From assembly GCA_963701295.1 (NCBI GenBank), contig OY969585.1, positions 288,001 to 352,000 on the forward strand: a DNA stretch of 64,000 bases, written 5' to 3'. Under the pieces are notes generated by a model. That model did not search any database and was not told the DNA's origin. It saw only the letters and a program-made list of their open reading frames with translations. The position numbers and the translations under genes were made by a program. This stretch comes from Ignavibacteriota bacterium. GTDB lineage: Bacteria > Bacteroidota > Ignavibacteria > UBA10030. Below are positions 60,553 through 64,000 of the stretch, in pieces. Numbering within the stretch: position 1 is the first letter of the stretch; every line of letters begins with the position of its first letter.

Positions 60553-62036
60553 CTATACTTCATTCTATCCGCACAAAACTTTCATTGTGGTATGCCGCAA
60601 TTCTTGGCGTCACACTTCTCGGCTCAGGTGTTATTGCATATGTTGCATCGCGATCCTCGCTGCTCAATAATCTGGACTATTCCTTAAAGAACGAAGTAGA
60701 ATGGGTAAACGAATTCATCGGCCCGCAAGCGAAGAGAGTAAAGATTAAACGGGCCGCACTCAAAGAACTACAGGAACTCAAGCGCAGCGCTGCACAACAG
60801 GAAGAACAACCGGAAGTAATTGACACAAGCGCCGGTAAGCGTGCTGAAATTGACGAGATGTGGAACCAGATTTACCAGCATACCTTGCTGAGTCCGAGGC
60901 GCCATTATATTCAGATTCTTGACCGCAACGGCGACTTGTTGTATCGATCTCAAAGCCTGCGCGGACATACGATTAGCTACAACGATATTCCGTATCAATG
61001 GATCAATGTTGTCAGTACGAAAGGTCCGGATAACCAGGAAATTCGCCTCGCGTTGACGCAAAACGACTATGTCAAGATTTTTGTGGCGTACCCCCTGGAA
61101 CCGATCTATGAAGTCACGGACAGTGTCTTCTACAACTTTCTCTTCACGACACCATTAGCGCTGTTGATCTCTGTAATTGGCGGTTGGTTTCTGGCGCATA
61201 AATCACTCAAACCCGTTGATGAACTGACGAAGACCGCAAAAGAAATTACTGCGCAAAATCTTAGCCGTCGACTTCCAACGCAACGTGTCAACGATGAACT
61301 TGGACGGCTCACAGAACAATTTAACGATATGATCAGCCGCCTGCAGGCATCATTCGTGCAAATTCAGCAATTCTCATCCGATGCGTCGCACGAGTTACGG
61401 ACGCCGCTCACGATTATGCGCGGTGAAATTGAAGTCGCGCTGCGCAACCAACGGATGTCCAAACAAGCACGCGAACTTTTCATGAGCATGAACGATGAAT
61501 TGGTCCGGCTCTCCTCGATCGTTGAAAGTCTGATGATTCTGGTAAAATCGGATACCGGGCGATTAGTATTTAACATGCAGCCGGTCGCGTTGGATGAATT
61601 CATCCACCAACTCTTTGAAGAGGCACAAGTACTTGCTGAAGCAAAAAAGATCAAGGTAAAGTTAGAGCACTCCGAGGAGCTATACATCAAAGGCGATGCC
61701 GCTCGTTTGAAGCAGCTTTTCTTGAATGTTGTCGATAACGCTATCAAATACACACATCCGCACGGGCTTGTGACACTCTCGCTAAAAAAGGATGCGGAGA
61801 ATGCAGTTATCATGATCAAGGATAACGGTATCGGTATTCCACGAAAGGATCAAAGCAAAATATTTGAACGATTTTACCGGGTAGAGCGAAGCTCCGGAAA
61901 CATTGAAAACACCTCCGGCAGCGGCCTCGGCCTCCCCATCGCCAAGTGGATCGCAGAAGCGCATAATGGCTCAATCGAAGTAAAGAGCAAAGAAGGCAAG
62001 GGAAGCACCTTCACCATCCAGTTACCGATTCTATAG
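60549..62036 (+). CDS. HAMP sensor histidine kinase (CusS-like)
   Basis: 2 TMs, HAMP DELGRL, DASHELRTPL, NAIKY, DNGIGI, GSGLGL; ATGA coupling. Confidence 0.92.
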   Translation: MTILHSIRTKLSLWYAAILGVTLLGSGVIAYVASRSSLLNNLDYSLKNEVEWVNEFIGPQAKRVKIKRAALKELQELKRSAAQQEEQPEVIDTSAGKRAEIDEMWNQIYQHTLLSPRRHYIQILDRNGDLLYRSQSLRGHTISYNDIPYQWINVVSTKGPDNQEIRLALTQNDYVKIFVAYPLEPIYEVTDSVFYNFLFTTPLALLISVIGGWFLAHKSLKPVDELTKTAKEITAQNLSRRLPTQRVNDELGRLTEQFNDMISRLQASFVQIQQFSSDASHELRTPLTIMRGEIEVALRNQRMSKQARELFMSMNDELVRLSSIVESLMILVKSDTGRLVFNMQPVALDEFIHQLFEEAQVLAEAKKIKVKLEHSEELYIKGDAARLKQLFLNVVDNAIKYTHPHGLVTLSLKKDAENAVIMIKDNGIGIPRKDQSKIFERFYRVERSSGNIENTSGSGLGLPIAKWIAEAHNGSIEVKSKEGKGSTFTIQLPIL

Positions 62037-62076
62037 AACACTTGTTAGAAAAGTAAAAAGAACTAACTCAGTGTCA

Positions 62077-62550
62077 TCATTTTTTTTGTCGAAGTGCTTG
62101 AAGAACTATTGGTGGCACAAACTTGCTTACATCACCGCCGAGCCGCGCAATTTCTCGAACGACATTAGAACTGAGATAGGTGTACTTTTCGGTCGGCATA
62201 AGAAAGACGGTCTCCATCTTTTCATCTAACTTCCGATTCATCAGCGCCATCTGTAATTCAAACTCAAAATCCGTCATTGCTCGAAGCCCGCGTACGACAG
62301 CAGTGGCTTTCTTTTGCCGTACGTAATCCACGAGAAGTCCTTGAAAAGAATCGACCTCTACATTCTTGTAACGCTTCGTTACTTGTCGGAGAAGCTTAAT
62401 GCGCTCTTCTTCCGTGAAGAACGGATTCTTGGTCGTGTTCCGCGCAATAGTGATAATGACTTTGTCGAACAGCTTGAGCGCGCGTTCAAGAATATCCAGG
62501 TGCCCATTTGTTACGGGATCGAATGATCCGGGGTAGATAGCAATTTTCAT
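62077..62550 (-). CDS. coaD: pantetheine-phosphate adenylyltransferase
   Basis: YPGSFDPVTNGHLDI, VRGLRA..DFEFELQMA, LSS..VRE. Confidence 0.95.
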   Translation of the reverse strand: MKIAIYPGSFDPVTNGHLDILERALKLFDKVIITIARNTTKNPFFTEEERIKLLRQVTKRYKNVEVDSFQGLLVDYVRQKKATAVVRGLRAMTDFEFELQMALMNRKLDEKMETVFLMPTEKYTYLSSNVVREIARLGGDVSKFVPPIVLQALRQKK

Positions 62551-62551
62551 C

Positions 62552-63121
62552 TCACGTCCTTGGATGTGTGGGTGGAACAATAGCTGTCAGAATCAACACC
62601 GTCGTTTGACCGAACGGTTTTTTGAGAATCTCATACTTTTGTTCATCTAATTCTATTATAGATTCGCGGCTGTGTTCCATCACGACGTAGGAAGCATGAC
62701 GTACCGCGCCGGAATCATAAATAGCATTCGGCAGCAATCTGATGTTTTCCAATTTATACGGTGGATCCACAAAGACGAGATCATACGCCCGCTTCATATT
62801 CTTCAGATACCAAAACACATCCGCTTGATATACTGAACATTGAGACTTGCATCCGAGCGATGCAGCATTTTTTTCAAGCACCTCCAGCGACTTTCTTGAT
62901 TTGTCGATGAACGTGACACTCTTAGCACCGCGGCTAATCGCTTCCAAACCGAGGCTGCCGCTGCCGGCAAATAAATCAAGCACTTCTAGGCCATCAAAAA
63001 CGATACGGTTGGTGAGAATGTCAAAGATCGTTTGCTTTGCGCGATCCATTGTCGGACGAACTGATAAATCCTCTACCGACTCAAGTAAGCGGCCGCGAAA
63101 GTCACCAGCGATAATTCTCAT
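62552..63121 (-). CDS. rsmD: 16S rRNA m2G966 methyltransferase
   Basis: MRIIAG..RGR, RPTMDR, LDLFAGSGSLGLEAISRGA, DPPY. Confidence 0.93.
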   Translation of the reverse strand: MRIIAGDFRGRLLESVEDLSVRPTMDRAKQTIFDILTNRIVFDGLEVLDLFAGSGSLGLEAISRGAKSVTFIDKSRKSLEVLEKNAASLGCKSQCSVYQADVFWYLKNMKRAYDLVFVDPPYKLENIRLLPNAIYDSGAVRHASYVVMEHSRESIIELDEQKYEILKKPFGQTTVLILTAIVPPTHPRT

Positions 63122-64000
63122 TTCGTGCGCAGCGCCAGGCCAATCGCCGCAGAGAATCGGTACCCATCTTTTATGAACGAAGGATTGAGATTTTTTATGG
63201 CAACAAGTTTGCGAAATGGATTAAGGGCCAATGTTTGTTTAATACCTGTTGTCGTCCGGAGCGACACGACTAAACTTTTTGTAACATCGACCCCATGCAA
63301 AAGCAAGGCTTCTGGTATGCAATTATCTTTTTGCTTCAGATATTTTAAGTATTCCAAAATGTATTTATCCGGATATGGTTCACCGTTATAAAGGAGCGAT
63401 CGATAATCTGTCATCTGCCCGTTATGAATGAGGCTTGCCTCAATACCGTTTTTACAAAGCCCAATGAGTGCAATATCGTGTTCAAGTATTTCAGGGTAGT
63501 TTGTGATGAGAGTCTTTTCCGTGCTGAATTGATCAATATCGATAATGTTCAGTTTCATCTTCAGTCCGACCACTGTTTTCTGCAAGAAAGCAACCAATCC
63601 GCGCCGGACTGCAACCATAAATGTTTGCTGAGCTTCGGTGTTTTCGAGCGGCAATCCATGTGAGTCGATAATAAATTCTCTTGGTGATGTATGCGGAAAA
63701 TATTGATCAACTTCCCACTGTAGATATTGAGAGAGATCCTTGCCGGTCAGGCCGGGTTCCACAGGAATGATATTAATAAAAAGCGGATCAGGCGGCAGCG
63801 CAAACGAAATATATTCCGTCGAGACCTTATGCTGCTTCATCATTTCTCTCAACTCTCTCACAAACATACTCAATTGCGGGTGATCTGCCGAAATGGTTGT
63901 ACCTGTGTTTGCAAAATCTATGGTCGTATCGCGTTCAGCCAATACGGTGACGATTGATTTTTTCTTTTTATGCTCAACCTCGGCTAATTGGATTTTTCCT
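63118..64000 (-). CDS. PilM-like actin-fold protein, 5' end outside window
   Basis: frame open to the window edge (GKIQLAEVE...); LQWEVDQYFP, MVAV, IIDIDQFS, NPF, AAIGLALR. Confidence 0.7.
   Translation of the reverse strand, partial: GKIQLAEVEHKKKKSIVTVLAERDTTIDFANTGTTISADHPQLSMFVRELREMMKQHKVSTEYISFALPPDPLFINIIPVEPGLTGKDLSQYLQWEVDQYFPHTSPREFIIDSHGLPLENTEAQQTFMVAVRRGLVAFLQKTVVGLKMKLNIIDIDQFSTEKTLITNYPEILEHDIALIGLCKNGIEASLIHNGQMTDYRSLLYNGEPYPDKYILEYLKYLKQKDNCIPEALLLHGVDVTKSLVVSLRTTTGIKQTLALNPFRKLVAIKNLNPSFIKDGYRFSAAIGLALRTK

Noticed and set aside
1-64000. CRISPR array, rRNA, intact IS/transposase, defence systems
   Set aside because: No regularly spaced repeat-spacer arrays or recognisable cas, transposase, rRNA or defence genes seen.

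Overview
Gene-dense bacterial chromosome segment. The gene content, Shine-Dalgarno use, sigma70-like promoters and signal peptides cleaving before Gln suggest an FCB-group, Ignavibacteria-like organism (inference). About 65 CDSs are present, mostly housekeeping and peptide/carbon metabolism (dnaG, pepF, deoC, two PPi-type PFKs, coaD, rsmD, a TPAT/TRAP transporter, several two-component systems), plus one tRNA-Leu(CAG). No rRNA, CRISPR array or intact mobile element was found. Five things stand out. (1) A three-gene cassette at 11.4-14.0 kb encodes a secreted protein ending in PCPPYC, a stand-alone 7-TM membrane protein and a translationally coupled single-TM PAS histidine kinase; it is a candidate uncharacterised peptide/protein-ligand signalling system. 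(2) A nitrogen cluster at 22.1-28.5 kb encodes a P-II with a destroyed nucleotide pocket but intact Ser49 T-loop, an outer-membrane protein, an APC permease, a PP2C phosphatase, a Hanks kinase and an atypical glutamine synthetase. (3) A 42-bp element is duplicated in front of two different PFK genes and brackets a decayed integrase island. (4) An archaeal-type geranylgeranyl reductase and ferredoxin lie behind dnaG. (5) Several +1 homopolymer indels, three of them in dnaG, are probably sequencing errors; genuine pseudogenes (hemerythrin, integrase, OB-fold protein) are also present.
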